A stretch of DNA of 64,000 bases from the NCBI GenBank assembly GCA_964291405.2, contig OZ219926.1:1792001-1856000 (forward strand), written 5' to 3'. The translations under genes and the position numbers were made by a program. Below are positions 48,746-58,532 of this stretch, piece after piece. The DNA comes from Thermodesulfobacteriota bacterium. Its GTDB lineage: Bacteria; Desulfobacterota; Binatia; Bin18. The notes under the pieces are model-generated. The model was not told the DNA's origin, ran no database searches, and saw only the letters and a program-made list of their open reading frames with translations. Each line of letters starts with the position of its first letter. The first letter of the stretch is position 1.

Positions 48746-50731
48746 TTATGCGGCCGCCTCAGCCACCTCGACCATGTCAGACAGAATGCGCAGCATTTCA
48801 AAATCCTTCGGGGTGTATACCCGCGCAACGCCGGCCTGCCGTAAATCTTCCGCGTCGTCCTCGGGAATAATACCGCCGACCACAACCGGAACGTCGCTGA
48901 GACCCTCCGCTCGCAGACCGGTGAGCACCTCGGGGACGAGGCGGAGGTGAGAGCCGGACAGGATACTCAGACCGACCAGATGTACGCCTTCATCACGCAC
49001 GCTGGTGACGATTTGCTCAGGTGACAGACGAATGCCCTCATACACGACTTCCATACCCGCGTCGCGACACCAGACAGCGATTTGCTCCGCACCGTTGGAG
49101 TGTCCGTCCAAGCCCGGCTTTCCGATCAGCACCTTGAGCGGCCGACCCAGCGCGGTGGCACTTTTCCGCACTCTCGCACGCAGTTCTTCAAGTGCCTGGG
49201 CAGCCGCGCCATTGACCGTACGCGCAGCCACGGCTCCACCAATACCGGTTGGTGCCCGGAATTCTCCAAAAATATCGCGCAGGGTCTGGGTCCATTCGCC
49301 CGTAGTCACACCAGCCAGCGCGCACCGTATAGAGGCCGGCATGATATTCTCGCCATTGAGGACGGCGACGCGCAGCCCGGAGAGAGCCGTTTCTACCTCT
49401 GCCTGATTGCGGGTTGCGCAAAACGCTTGCAGGCGCGCCACCTGATCCCGCTCGGCCTCTTCATCCACTTTGAGAATAGCCGACGAGTCACCTGAGTAGA
49501 GGGGAGATTCCGCGGTCTCGGTAAATTTGTTGACCCCCACAACAGTATGGTCCCTGGCAGTAATATTACGCACCCGTTCGGTATGACTCGCCACGAGTTG
49601 CTCTTTGATATAGCCCAGGGCCGAAATCACGCCGCCCAGGTCCGTCACGCGCTCGACCTCTGCCCAGGCCGCGTTTTTAATCGCGCTCGTTTTTGCCTCA
49701 ACAACCTTGCTCCCCTCAAAAATATCGCCGTACTCCAACAGATCGGTCTCAAAGGCCAGGATCTGCTGAATCCGCAGGCTCCACTGCTGGTCCCAGGGGC
49801 GCGGCAATCCCAGCGCCTCGTTCCAGGCCGGTAACTGCATGGCGCGGCAGCGCGCATCCTTGCTGAGCGTCACACCTAAAGCCTCCAAGACAATCCGGGG
49901 GATATTGTTCTCCGGCTGGGCTTCAGTCAGCCCCAGAGAATTGACCTGGACACCATACCGAAAGCGGCGCAACTTCGGATTCTCAACGCCGTAGCGTTCG
50001 CGTGTCAACTCGTCCCAGAGCTGACCAAAGGCGCGCAGTTTACACACCTCCTCAATAAAGCGGACACCGGAATTCACAAAGAAGCTGATCCGCCCGACCG
50101 CGGCGGTAAACTCGGCAGCGTCGAGCCGACCGGACGCACGCACCGTGTCGAGCACCGCAATCGCCGTGCACAGCGCGTAGGCGATCTCCTGGACGGGTGT
50201 GGCTCCGGCTTCCTGGAGATGGTAGGAGCACACATTGACCGGATTCCATTTGGGAACGTTTTTGACCGTATAGGTGATCACGTCGCTCGTCAGACGCAGG
50301 CTCGGTTCTGGTGGAAAGATATACGTGCCACGCGACAGATATTCTTTCACGATGTCGTTCTGCGTCGTGCCCTGGAGGGCTTGAGGCTCGACTCCTTGTC
50401 GCTCTGCCGCGGCAATATACAGGGCCAGCAGCCAGGCCGCAGTCCCGTTAATCGTCATGGACGTATTCGTCTGGTCGAGCGGAATATCGGCAAACAAGGT
50501 TTCCATATCGCCGATATGGCAAATCGGGACGCCGACTTTTCCAACCTCTCCACGCGCCAGGGCGTGATCGCTGTCGTAGCCGGTCTGCGTCGGCAAATCG
50601 AAGGCAACCGACAAGCCGGTCTGACCTTTACTCAGATTGAGCCGATAGAGTTCATTACTCGCTTGTGCGGTTGAGTGACCGGAATAGGTCCGCATGACCC
50701 AGGGCCGATCTTTCAGTCGGTCTGTTTCCAT
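48746..50731 (-). CDS. ecm: Ethylmalonyl-CoA mutase (MeaA), B12-dependent
   Basis: PWVMRTYSGHS, GQTGLSVAFDLPTQTGYD, YGVQVNSLGLTE, LPAWNEALGLPRPWDQQWSLR and KPGLDGHSNG. Confidence 0.93.
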   Translation of the reverse strand: METDRLKDRPWVMRTYSGHSTAQASNELYRLNLSKGQTGLSVAFDLPTQTGYDSDHALARGEVGKVGVPICHIGDMETLFADIPLDQTNTSMTINGTAAWLLALYIAAAERQGVEPQALQGTTQNDIVKEYLSRGTYIFPPEPSLRLTSDVITYTVKNVPKWNPVNVCSYHLQEAGATPVQEIAYALCTAIAVLDTVRASGRLDAAEFTAAVGRISFFVNSGVRFIEEVCKLRAFGQLWDELTRERYGVENPKLRRFRYGVQVNSLGLTEAQPENNIPRIVLEALGVTLSKDARCRAMQLPAWNEALGLPRPWDQQWSLRIQQILAFETDLLEYGDIFEGSKVVEAKTSAIKNAAWAEVERVTDLGGVISALGYIKEQLVASHTERVRNITARDHTVVGVNKFTETAESPLYSGDSSAILKVDEEAERDQVARLQAFCATRNQAEVETALSGLRVAVLNGENIMPASIRCALAGVTTGEWTQTLRDIFGEFRAPTGIGGAVAARTVNGAAAQALEELRARVRKSATALGRPLKVLIGKPGLDGHSNGAEQIAVWCRDAGMEVVYEGIRLSPEQIVTSVRDEGVHLVGLSILSGSHLRLVPEVLTGLRAEGLSDVPVVVGGIIPEDDAEDLRQAGVARVYTPKDFEMLRILSDMVEVAEAAA

Positions 50732-50805
50732 GTGTCGTCCTTAATCGTCTGCGGATTTAAGGTATGGGAAACAACTCCCCAGCCTCTAATCCCCAATCCC
50801 TATTT

Positions 50806-51843
50806 TTACCCTACCCGTCGCATCTGTTCCAGAATATCATAGCCGGTGATGGCCTTGCTCTTGGCGGCCTGCTCGGCCAGATAGGCCGGCTCGACGGCCT
50901 CGGCCTGAACCGCCTTGGCTAGGTCCATCAGCGCGATCTTAATGGTCGCTTCGTCGATCATCTCGCCAGTTTCCGGGTCGGGCATCGAGCCGCCGCCTTT
51001 CTCGTGGTAGAGGTCAAGGACGCGGGATGCATATTTGACCTGCTCGTCGTTCGGCGTATAGCAGGCGTTGGCGATGGCGGCCTGCTGCGGGTGGATGACC
51101 CAGGTGCCGTCCATGCCGAGGTTGGCTGCGCCAATATTTTTCTCGCGTAGTCCCGCCTCGATTTCCTTGACTTTCTCTTCGGGGTCGTTTTTTCGCCACA
51201 ACGGCAGATAGACATTATCAACCGCGTGCAAGCCGGCGGCCTTGGCCGCCACCACCACAGCCTGCTTGGAGTACAGAAAATTAATGTTCTGGTCTTTCAC
51301 TACCTCACGAATGCCCAGGGTGGCGGCAAAGTCAGCTATCCCGAAAATGAGACCGGCCATGCGGTCCGAAGCGGTCGCAATAGCGTAGGCGTTCACAATG
51401 GCCTGAGGAATTTCGATCAGGGATTCGATCTGCACTCGCGATTTCCAGCCGGCTTCCTGTTCGAGCGTATCGAGCAGGCTGGAAACGTATTTGATATCGT
51501 CCGGCCCGTGCGTCTTGGGCAGGATAATGCCATGAAATTTATCCGGCGCGCCTTTCACTATGGCTTCCATGTCCCCCAGGAAAAACTCGGAGCGGATATT
51601 ATTGGGTCGTACGGTAATGACTTTCTTGCCAAAATCCAGCGTGTTGAGCGCCTCGACGACGCACTGCCGACTTTGCGGTCCCTTGAATTCGTATGGGCAG
51701 GCATCTTCAAAATCCATCATCACATGGTCAACCGGTGACTTGACCGGGTCAGCCGCATTGCGGTGAAGCTTCATACTGTGGCCGGGATAGGTCATTTCAG
51801 TGCGGGGAATGACGAAACGTGTTCCCTCATCAACTACGAACAT
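50806..51843 (-). CDS. mcl: Malyl-CoA/methylmalyl-CoA lyase (CitE-like family)
   Basis: MMDFEDAC, TVRPN, IILPK, LIFGIADF and WVIHPQQ; adjacent to ecm. Confidence 0.75.
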   Translation of the reverse strand: MFVVDEGTRFVIPRTEMTYPGHSMKLHRNAADPVKSPVDHVMMDFEDACPYEFKGPQSRQCVVEALNTLDFGKKVITVRPNNIRSEFFLGDMEAIVKGAPDKFHGIILPKTHGPDDIKYVSSLLDTLEQEAGWKSRVQIESLIEIPQAIVNAYAIATASDRMAGLIFGIADFAATLGIREVVKDQNINFLYSKQAVVVAAKAAGLHAVDNVYLPLWRKNDPEEKVKEIEAGLREKNIGAANLGMDGTWVIHPQQAAIANACYTPNDEQVKYASRVLDLYHEKGGGSMPDPETGEMIDEATIKIALMDLAKAVQAEAVEPAYLAEQAAKSKAITGYDILEQMRRVG

Positions 51844-51966
51844 ACGGTCCTCCTCTATCGCAGTCTCTTGCTTATCGGCGGTCTGTTGGGGTCAGGAAAA
51901 TACAAGGCTCCCCCTCCTATCAGATTCACACCACTCGCCCAACCTCCCTAGGCGGATGTGTGTCCG

Positions 51967-52022
51967 AAAAGAGGAAACGTGTCCTTCCATCATCCACAGA
52001 AGCGGGACACGCTCCCTCTTTT
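51967..52022. repeat. Divergent member of the ~55-bp inverted-repeat element family
   Basis: AAAAGAGGAAACGTGTCC...GGACACGCTCCCTCTTTT. Confidence 0.55.
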
Positions 52023-52066
52023 GTGGTATTTTCTCGGCACTCTTCTGCTTCCATAAGGAGAACTGC

Positions 52067-53713
52067 ATGTCCGACACACTCCAACAGACCGACCTGATCG
52101 TTGACACACTCCAAAAAGTCCGCGACGAGGCGCTTCAGCACGGCCGCAGCCTGACCGACAACGGCAAAGGCATCGATGACCATCAGGTGCATGCCGAGCG
52201 GCTGGCCTATCTGGCGACTGAGGTCGAAGCCGCCCGCTCCTGCCTGCACTACGCCCAAGCCGCCGGAGAAAATAACGCCGACGAGAACGGCCATACGGCC
52301 AATATGGCCTTGGGGTTTGCTGCCGAAGTCGGCCAGCGCCTAGTCGGACAAGCCAGTACTCATATTGAAGATTTCGGATTTGACGAAGCGTTTCTGAATA
52401 ACACGCTGGGACAACCTCAGGTCAAGGCCGCCATCCGGGACGGAGCGCATGAGCGTCGCTTCCGCGCAATCGGTCAGACTATTTTGGCAACGAAAGGCGT
52501 GAACCATTCGTGGTTAGAGAGTGATATCGCGGAAATGACGCGGGATTCGGTGCGTCAGTTTGCCAGGAGCGAAATCGCACCCATTGCGGAGCGCGTCCAT
52601 CGCAACGACGAGCTGATTCCGGAATCCGTGATCACAAATATGTCCGAGCTGGGCTATTTCGGCATGTCGGTGCCCGAAGAGTACGGTGGCGGCGGCATGG
52701 GCAATCTGGCCATGATTATCACCACCGAGGAACTCTCTGCGGCCTCACTCGGCGTGGCTGGCAGTCTGATCACCCGACCGGAAATTCTGACCAAGGCCCT
52801 GCTGCGCGGCGGCACCGAAGACCAAAAGAAGAAGTGGCTACCACCGATTGCCAGCGGAGAGCTGATGGTTGCCATTTCCGTAACCGAGCCGGACACCGGT
52901 TCCGACGTGGCCTCGGTCAAGTGCCGCGCCGAGCCGGCTATGGTCAACGGGCAGAGCGGTTTTGTGATTGACGGGGCCAAGGCGTGGTGCACGTTTGCCG
53001 GACGGGCAAACATTATTGCCCTGCTGGCACGGACGAATCCGGAGGCCAGTTCCGGCGCGCGCGGGTTGTCCTTATTCATTGTTGAAAAGGATGCCTTTGC
53101 GGGCCATTCTTTTGAGATGCAACAGGAGACGGGCGGCATGCTCCAAGGGGACGCCATTCCGACCCTGGGCTACCGGGGGATGCATTCCTATGTGTTGAAC
53201 CTCGATAGATATTTTGTCCCGGCCGAAAACCTCGTTGGAGGAGAGGCGGGGCTGAATAAGGGCTTTTACTTGCAGATGGCCGGCTTTGCCGCGGGACGGC
53301 TCCAGACCGGAGGACGCGCCACCGGGCTCGCCCAAGCCGCGCTTGAGGTTAGCGCGGCCTACGCGGACGAGCGCAAGCAGTTTAAGAAATCGCTGGGAGA
53401 CTTCCAGCTCACCCAGTACAAGCTGGGCCGCATGGCCGCCCATATTACCGCAGCCCGCCAAATTACCTATGCCGCCGCACCGGCTATGGACAAAGACGAG
53501 GCGGCCACGCTGACCGCGGCCATGGCCAAATTGCTCGCCTGCGACGTAGCGGTATGGGTCACCCAGGAAGGCCAGCTCATTCACGGCGGTTGGGGCTATG
53601 GCGAAGAGTACGCCATCTCGCGCTATGTCGTGGACGCCCTGGTGCTACCCATTTTTGAGGGCGTCAAGCCTATTCTGGAACTCAAGGTGATTGCCCGGAC
53701 GTTGTTGGCCTAG
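52067..53713 (+). CDS. mcd: (2S)-methylsuccinyl-CoA dehydrogenase (long acyl-CoA dehydrogenase)
   Basis: N-terminal extension; GSLITRPEI, TEPDTGSD, LGYRGMH, GRLQTGGRA and IFEG; ecm context. Confidence 0.78.
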   Translation: MSDTLQQTDLIVDTLQKVRDEALQHGRSLTDNGKGIDDHQVHAERLAYLATEVEAARSCLHYAQAAGENNADENGHTANMALGFAAEVGQRLVGQASTHIEDFGFDEAFLNNTLGQPQVKAAIRDGAHERRFRAIGQTILATKGVNHSWLESDIAEMTRDSVRQFARSEIAPIAERVHRNDELIPESVITNMSELGYFGMSVPEEYGGGGMGNLAMIITTEELSAASLGVAGSLITRPEILTKALLRGGTEDQKKKWLPPIASGELMVAISVTEPDTGSDVASVKCRAEPAMVNGQSGFVIDGAKAWCTFAGRANIIALLARTNPEASSGARGLSLFIVEKDAFAGHSFEMQQETGGMLQGDAIPTLGYRGMHSYVLNLDRYFVPAENLVGGEAGLNKGFYLQMAGFAAGRLQTGGRATGLAQAALEVSAAYADERKQFKKSLGDFQLTQYKLGRMAAHITAARQITYAAAPAMDKDEAATLTAAMAKLLACDVAVWVTQEGQLIHGGWGYGEEYAISRYVVDALVLPIFEGVKPILELKVIARTLLA

Positions 53714-53724
53714 AGCAATCGCGT

Positions 53725-53750
53725 CCTGGGAGCGCGGGTATCCCGCTCGC
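53725..53750. repeat. REP-like degenerate palindrome
   Basis: CCTGGGAGCGCGGGTATCCCGCTCGC just after the mcd stop. Confidence 0.4.
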
Positions 53751-53838
53751 CTCTATGTTCAGCGCGAGCAGACGATCAGAGCGGCTCAACTCAGCCTATT
53801 AGACAAGCAAATTCCCGGCGTATATAAGAGGCACCGCA

Positions 53839-53919
53839 CATCATCGGATGCTGAGAGTTGGGTCGTTTGATACGACCGTCTCCAGTCCCTTTATTCTCTG
53901 TGCCAGCCTCCGTATGATG
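53839..53919 (+). ncRNA. Candidate structured 5' leader upstream of metH
   Basis: Nested pairings CATCAT/ATGATG, CGGA/TCCG, GCTG/CAGC and AGAG/CTCT enclose hairpin GGTCGT/ACGACC; preceded by TAGACA-17-TATAAG. Confidence 0.4.
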
Positions 53920-53920
53920 A

Positions 53921-53974
53921 AAAGAGTAAACGTGTTCTCCAATAGATACAAAGCTGTTGACACGTTTACTCTTT
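53921..53974 (+). repeat. ~55-bp inverted-repeat element (MITE/REP-like), copy 1
   Basis: AAAGAGTAAACGTGT-TCTCCAATAGATACAAAGCTGTTG-ACACGTTTACTCTTT. Confidence 0.85.
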
Positions 53975-53984
53975 AAGGACTTAG

Positions 53985-56900
53985 GTGGGAAATGTGAACG
54001 ACAGACTCCCTTCATTATCGGCTCGGGCCAGTGACCTGTGCGCCCTCCTGCATGAACGGGTGCTGCTCTTTGATGGGGCCATGGGGACGTCCATCCAAGC
54101 CCAGAATCTGAGTCCGGAAGATTTCGGCGGTCTGGCGTACGAAGGCTGTAATGAACACTTGGTGTTGACCTGCCCTGAGGCGATCACAAAGATTCACAAC
54201 CGCTTCTTGCAAGCCGGTTCGGATATTATTGAAACGAATACCTTTGGCGCGATGAGTATTGTCCTGGCCGAGTATGGCCTGCACGAGCAGACGGGCGCCA
54301 TCAATCAGACCGCGGCCGAACTCGCCCGGGTCTGTGCTCAACGCTATAGCTCTCCAAACCGGCCCCGCTTTGTGGCTGGTTCCATGGGGCCAACGACCAA
54401 AACAATTTCTGTCACTGGCGGTGTGACCTTCGGCCAACTGCGGCACGCCTATGCGGAACAAGCAGAGGGATTGCTGCGGGGTGGCGTGGATCTGCTGCTG
54501 ATGGAAACGACCCAGGATACGCTCAACCTGAAAGCGGGCCTCTTGGGTATCGAAGATGCGTTTCGGAAGGTCGGGCACCGCGTACCTGTGGCTGTCTCCA
54601 TCACCATTGAGACGATGGGCACGATGTTGGCCGGACAGGGAGTGGAGGCGCTCTATACCTCCGTGGCCCATCGGGACCTGTTCGCGCTCGGGCTGAACTG
54701 TGCGACCGGACCCGATTTCATGACCGATCATCTCCGGACCTTGGCAGAGTTCTCCCGTTTTCCTGCTTTATGTATCCCGAACGCCGGGTTGCCGGACGAA
54801 GAAGGGCACTACAACGAATCACCCGAGATGATCGTGACCAAGCTCGAACGTTTTGTCGATGCCGGCTGGCTCAATATGCTGGGCGGCTGCTGCGGCACGA
54901 CACCCGCGCATATTGCATTGCTCAGTCAGATGCTGGAGGGCAAACAGCCTCGAACGCTGCCGACGACAAAACGGAGTGTGGTCTCAGGGCTCGAACCCCT
55001 GGTGATCGACGAAGATAAACGCCCAATGCTGGTCGGTGAACGCACGAACGTCATTGGCTCACGCAAGTTCAAGAGGCTCATCCGCGACGGCGCGTTTGAA
55101 GAAGGCGCGGAGATCGGTCGGCGACAGGTGCGGGGCGGGGCCCACATCGTGGATGTGTGTCTGGCCGACCCGGACCGTGAAGAACTCGGCGATATGACCG
55201 CCTTCCTGGATATTCTGGTGCGGAAGATCAAAGTCCCCCTGATGATCGACTCGACCGACGCCCTGGTCATTGAAGCCGCACTTGAACGCTCACAGGGTAA
55301 GGCGGTCATCAACTCCATCAACCTGGAAGACGGCGAGGAACGGTTTGCGCAGGTCGTTCCGCTCATCAAACGCTACGGTGCGGCGGTAGTGGTGGGCTGT
55401 ATCGATGAAGACCCGGAACAGGGCATGGCGGTCACCCGGCAGCGGAAACTCGCAGTGGCTAAACGGAGCTATGATCTGCTCACCCATAAATACGGTCTGG
55501 ACGCCGAAGATATTATTTTCGATCCGCTGGTGTTTCCCCTTGGAACCGGTGACCGCAACTATATTGGCGCTGGCGAAGAGACGATCGCAGGAGTCCGGCT
55601 GATTAAAAAAGCGCTGCCGGCATGCAAGACCATCCTGGGTATCAGCAATGTGTCCTTTGGCCTCCCGCCGGCCGGTCGTGAGGTGTTGAACTCCGTGTTT
55701 CTCTACCACTGTGTCAAGGCGGGTCTCGATCTGGCGATTGTGAACACGGAAAGGCTGGAACGCTACGCCTCGATTACCGAAGAAGAAAAACATCTCGCCA
55801 ATGATCTGATTTACTGGCGTGGTGAGGATCCGGTCGCCGCTTTTGCCGCTCACTTTCGACAGAAAAAAGAAAGCGCAATTGAGGATACGCGCGCCGACCT
55901 GCCGCTGGATGAACGGCTGGCGCGGTATATTATAGAGGGCTCCAAGGACGGGCTGATCGACGACCTCAACACCGCCCTCAACGAGCGACCACCCTTGGAT
56001 ATCATCAACGAGCCGCTCATGGCGGGGATGGATGAGGTTGGCCGCCTGTTTAACAACAATGAACTCATTGTGGCCGAGGTCTTGCAAAGCGCAGAGTCCA
56101 TGAAGGCTGCCGTCGGGCATCTCGAACCCTTTATGGAGAAAACGGACAGCGCTCTCAAAGGCACGGTCATCCTGGCCACCGTCAAGGGTGATGTGCATGA
56201 TATCGGCAAAAACCTGGTGGAGATCATCCTGTCAAACAACGGCTATCGGGTGGTCAACCTCGGCATTAAAGTCGCACCGGAAACCTTGATAGAGGCCGTG
56301 CGTGAACATCAACCGGATTTAGTGGGTCTGTCCGGTTTATTGGTCAAATCGGCCCAACAGATGGTGGTGACGGCCCAGGATCTCACAACGGCCCAGGTAA
56401 CCTGTCCCCTGCTGGTTGGTGGGGCTGCGCTGACTCCGCGTTTTACTGCCAATAAGATTGCGCCCGAGTACGACGGTCTGGTCTGTTACGCGAACGATGC
56501 CATGCGCGGTCTGGACCTGGCAAACCAGATTATGGATGAAGACCGGTACGCGACACTTCTGCTGGACCTTGAGAAAGAGCGGGAACGGCTCGCCCAACAA
56601 GAACGTACGCCAAAACAAGAACCATCCGAAGCGCGTCCTGTCCGGCCCGCCACGCTCTCACACGACCAGCCAGCCCCCCATCCGCCCGACCTGCGGCTAC
56701 ATACGCTCGATGATTATGACCTGGACACGATCTTCGCCTACCTCAACCCGACCATGCTGTACGGCAAGCACCTCGGGCTGAGGGGGAATCTTGAGACCTT
56801 ATTAACGCAGGGCAACGAAAAAGCTACCGAGTTACACCAGCAGGTTGAAACTGTGATGGATGAGGTGATTGCAAAAAAAATGCTGCGCGCTCAGGCGGTG

Positions 56901-57539
56901 TATCAATTCTTTCCGGCCCAAGCCGAAGGCGACGGCCTGCGACTGTATCGTGCCAACGGCAAAGATATTGCCGCAACGTTTCTCTTTCCCCGCCAACAGC
57001 ATGGAGAGGGCCTGTGTCTGAGTGACTTTGTGGCTCCGACGAGCAGCGGCAAACAGGACTATATTGCGCTCTTCGCCGTGACCTGTGGCCACGGGGTCCG
57101 AGAACTCGCAAAACAGTACCGCGAGTCAGGCCACTACCTCCAGTCCCATATCCTGCAAGCCCTGGCGATTGAGGGCGCAGAGGCGTTTGCCGAACTCCTC
57201 CATCAGCGCCTACGAGAAATGTGGGGCTTTGCCGACCCGCCGGAGCTGAGCATGCGGGAGCGCTTCAAGGCCAGGTATCGTGGCGTCCGGGTGAGTTTCG
57301 GCTATCCGGCCTGCCCGCGCCTCGAAGACCAGGAGCGTTTGTTTCAGGTGCTGCCAGTCACCGCCTCAATCGGTGTCGAGCTGACAGAGGGTTATATGAT
57401 GGAGCCGGAAGCCTCGGTCTCGGCTCTCGTCTTCCATCACCCCCAAGCCAAATACTTCAACATTCTGGACGATGAGCTGGCCGCTTTCGAGCGGCGGCTG
57501 GCCGAGCGCTCAAACGCGCTCAGTGCGGCGGCGTTATAG
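53985..57539 (+). CDS. metH: Cobalamin-dependent methionine synthase
   Basis: DGAMGT, LNCATGP, GGCCGT, GERTNVIGS, TVKGDVHDIGKN and SFGYPACP reactivation domain. Confidence 0.97.
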   Translation: MGNVNDRLPSLSARASDLCALLHERVLLFDGAMGTSIQAQNLSPEDFGGLAYEGCNEHLVLTCPEAITKIHNRFLQAGSDIIETNTFGAMSIVLAEYGLHEQTGAINQTAAELARVCAQRYSSPNRPRFVAGSMGPTTKTISVTGGVTFGQLRHAYAEQAEGLLRGGVDLLLMETTQDTLNLKAGLLGIEDAFRKVGHRVPVAVSITIETMGTMLAGQGVEALYTSVAHRDLFALGLNCATGPDFMTDHLRTLAEFSRFPALCIPNAGLPDEEGHYNESPEMIVTKLERFVDAGWLNMLGGCCGTTPAHIALLSQMLEGKQPRTLPTTKRSVVSGLEPLVIDEDKRPMLVGERTNVIGSRKFKRLIRDGAFEEGAEIGRRQVRGGAHIVDVCLADPDREELGDMTAFLDILVRKIKVPLMIDSTDALVIEAALERSQGKAVINSINLEDGEERFAQVVPLIKRYGAAVVVGCIDEDPEQGMAVTRQRKLAVAKRSYDLLTHKYGLDAEDIIFDPLVFPLGTGDRNYIGAGEETIAGVRLIKKALPACKTILGISNVSFGLPPAGREVLNSVFLYHCVKAGLDLAIVNTERLERYASITEEEKHLANDLIYWRGEDPVAAFAAHFRQKKESAIEDTRADLPLDERLARYIIEGSKDGLIDDLNTALNERPPLDIINEPLMAGMDEVGRLFNNNELIVAEVLQSAESMKAAVGHLEPFMEKTDSALKGTVILATVKGDVHDIGKNLVEIILSNNGYRVVNLGIKVAPETLIEAVREHQPDLVGLSGLLVKSAQQMVVTAQDLTTAQVTCPLLVGGAALTPRFTANKIAPEYDGLVCYANDAMRGLDLANQIMDEDRYATLLLDLEKERERLAQQERTPKQEPSEARPVRPATLSHDQPAPHPPDLRLHTLDDYDLDTIFAYLNPTMLYGKHLGLRGNLETLLTQGNEKATELHQQVETVMDEVIAKKMLRAQAVYQFFPAQAEGDGLRLYRANGKDIAATFLFPRQQHGEGLCLSDFVAPTSSGKQDYIALFAVTCGHGVRELAKQYRESGHYLQSHILQALAIEGAEAFAELLHQRLREMWGFADPPELSMRERFKARYRGVRVSFGYPACPRLEDQERLFQVLPVTASIGVELTEGYMMEPEASVSALVFHHPQAKYFNILDDELAAFERRLAERSNALSAAAL

Positions 57540-57626
57540 CTGGTCCCCCAGGCTCGGCCGGACAGATAGTATCTCGGGGATGAAGCGCTGACTCAGCACG
57601 CTGAGGAAGGAAACTCGGGAATCACC

Positions 57627-58532
57627 ATGTCGGAACAGAACCATCCAGTCTTTCAATCGGTTGAGGCCGTCCAGGCAGAATTTGCCCAGTGGAATTATAT
57701 TGCCGACCGGGCGCTCGCCCTGACCGTCAAGCTTGCCGCCGATCTGGAAAAACCGCTGTTGCTCGAAGGGGAAGCCGGCGTGGGCAAGACGGAAGTAGCC
57801 AAAGTGCTGGCCAGCGTGCTCGGTACGCCGCTGATCCGCTTGCAGTGCTACGAGGGGTTGGACGCACAAACGACGCTATACGAATGGAACTACGCCCGGC
57901 AAATCCTGCATATTCGCATGGCCGAACAGCAGCCGCAGGAGCGTCCGCTGCTTGAGCGTACGATCTTCAGTGATGAATTTCTCCTGAATCGTCCCTTGCT
58001 TGAAGCCATTCGTCATCCGGGTCCCCGACCGGTCGTCCTCCTTATTGATGAGGTCGATCGCGCGGACGAGGAGTTTGAGGCCTTTCTCCTGGAAATTCTG
58101 TCCGACTTTCAGGTCAGCGTGCCTGAGATTGGGACTTTTACCGCCAGGCAGCCGCCCTATGTTGTCCTGACCTCAAACCGAACCCGGGAACTACACGAGG
58201 CCCTCAAGCGGCGCTGTCTGTACTTATGGATCGACTACCCGACGCCGGACAAAGAGCGTGAGATCATCCTGCGCCGGGTGCCGGGGATCCGGACTGTGTT
58301 GGCTGAGCGCATTGTCGCCGTGATGCAGGCGCTACGCAAAATAGACTTCTACAAACGCCCCGGTGTTGCCGAGAGTGTGGACTGGAGCCGAGCCTTACTC
58401 GGACTCGGGGTTGACGAGCTTCGGGCTGAAACCCTGGAGGACACCGCTGGTGTGATTCTTAAATACCATGACGATATTGAGCGCTTACAGACCATTGGAG
58501 CGGAGACCATCCTGAGGGGTGGCACGGAGTGA
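57627..58532 (+). CDS. MoxR-type AAA+ ATPase (CoxD-like)
   Basis: LEGEAGVGKT, RLQCYEGLD, YEWNY, IDEVDRADEEFE and ALKRRC. Confidence 0.92.
   Translation: MSEQNHPVFQSVEAVQAEFAQWNYIADRALALTVKLAADLEKPLLLEGEAGVGKTEVAKVLASVLGTPLIRLQCYEGLDAQTTLYEWNYARQILHIRMAEQQPQERPLLERTIFSDEFLLNRPLLEAIRHPGPRPVVLLIDEVDRADEEFEAFLLEILSDFQVSVPEIGTFTARQPPYVVLTSNRTRELHEALKRRCLYLWIDYPTPDKEREIILRRVPGIRTVLAERIVAVMQALRKIDFYKRPGVAESVDWSRALLGLGVDELRAETLEDTAGVILKYHDDIERLQTIGAETILRGGTE

Noticed and set aside
50776-50803. Heptamer-like tandem repeats (CCCCAGC CTCTAAT CCCCAAT CCCTA)
   Set aside because: Too short and degenerate to call a functional repeat
53849-53900. TPP riboswitch (CTGAGA) or antisense SAM-I (AGGGACTGG)
   Set aside because: The remaining consensus elements are absent; kept only as an unclassified structured leader
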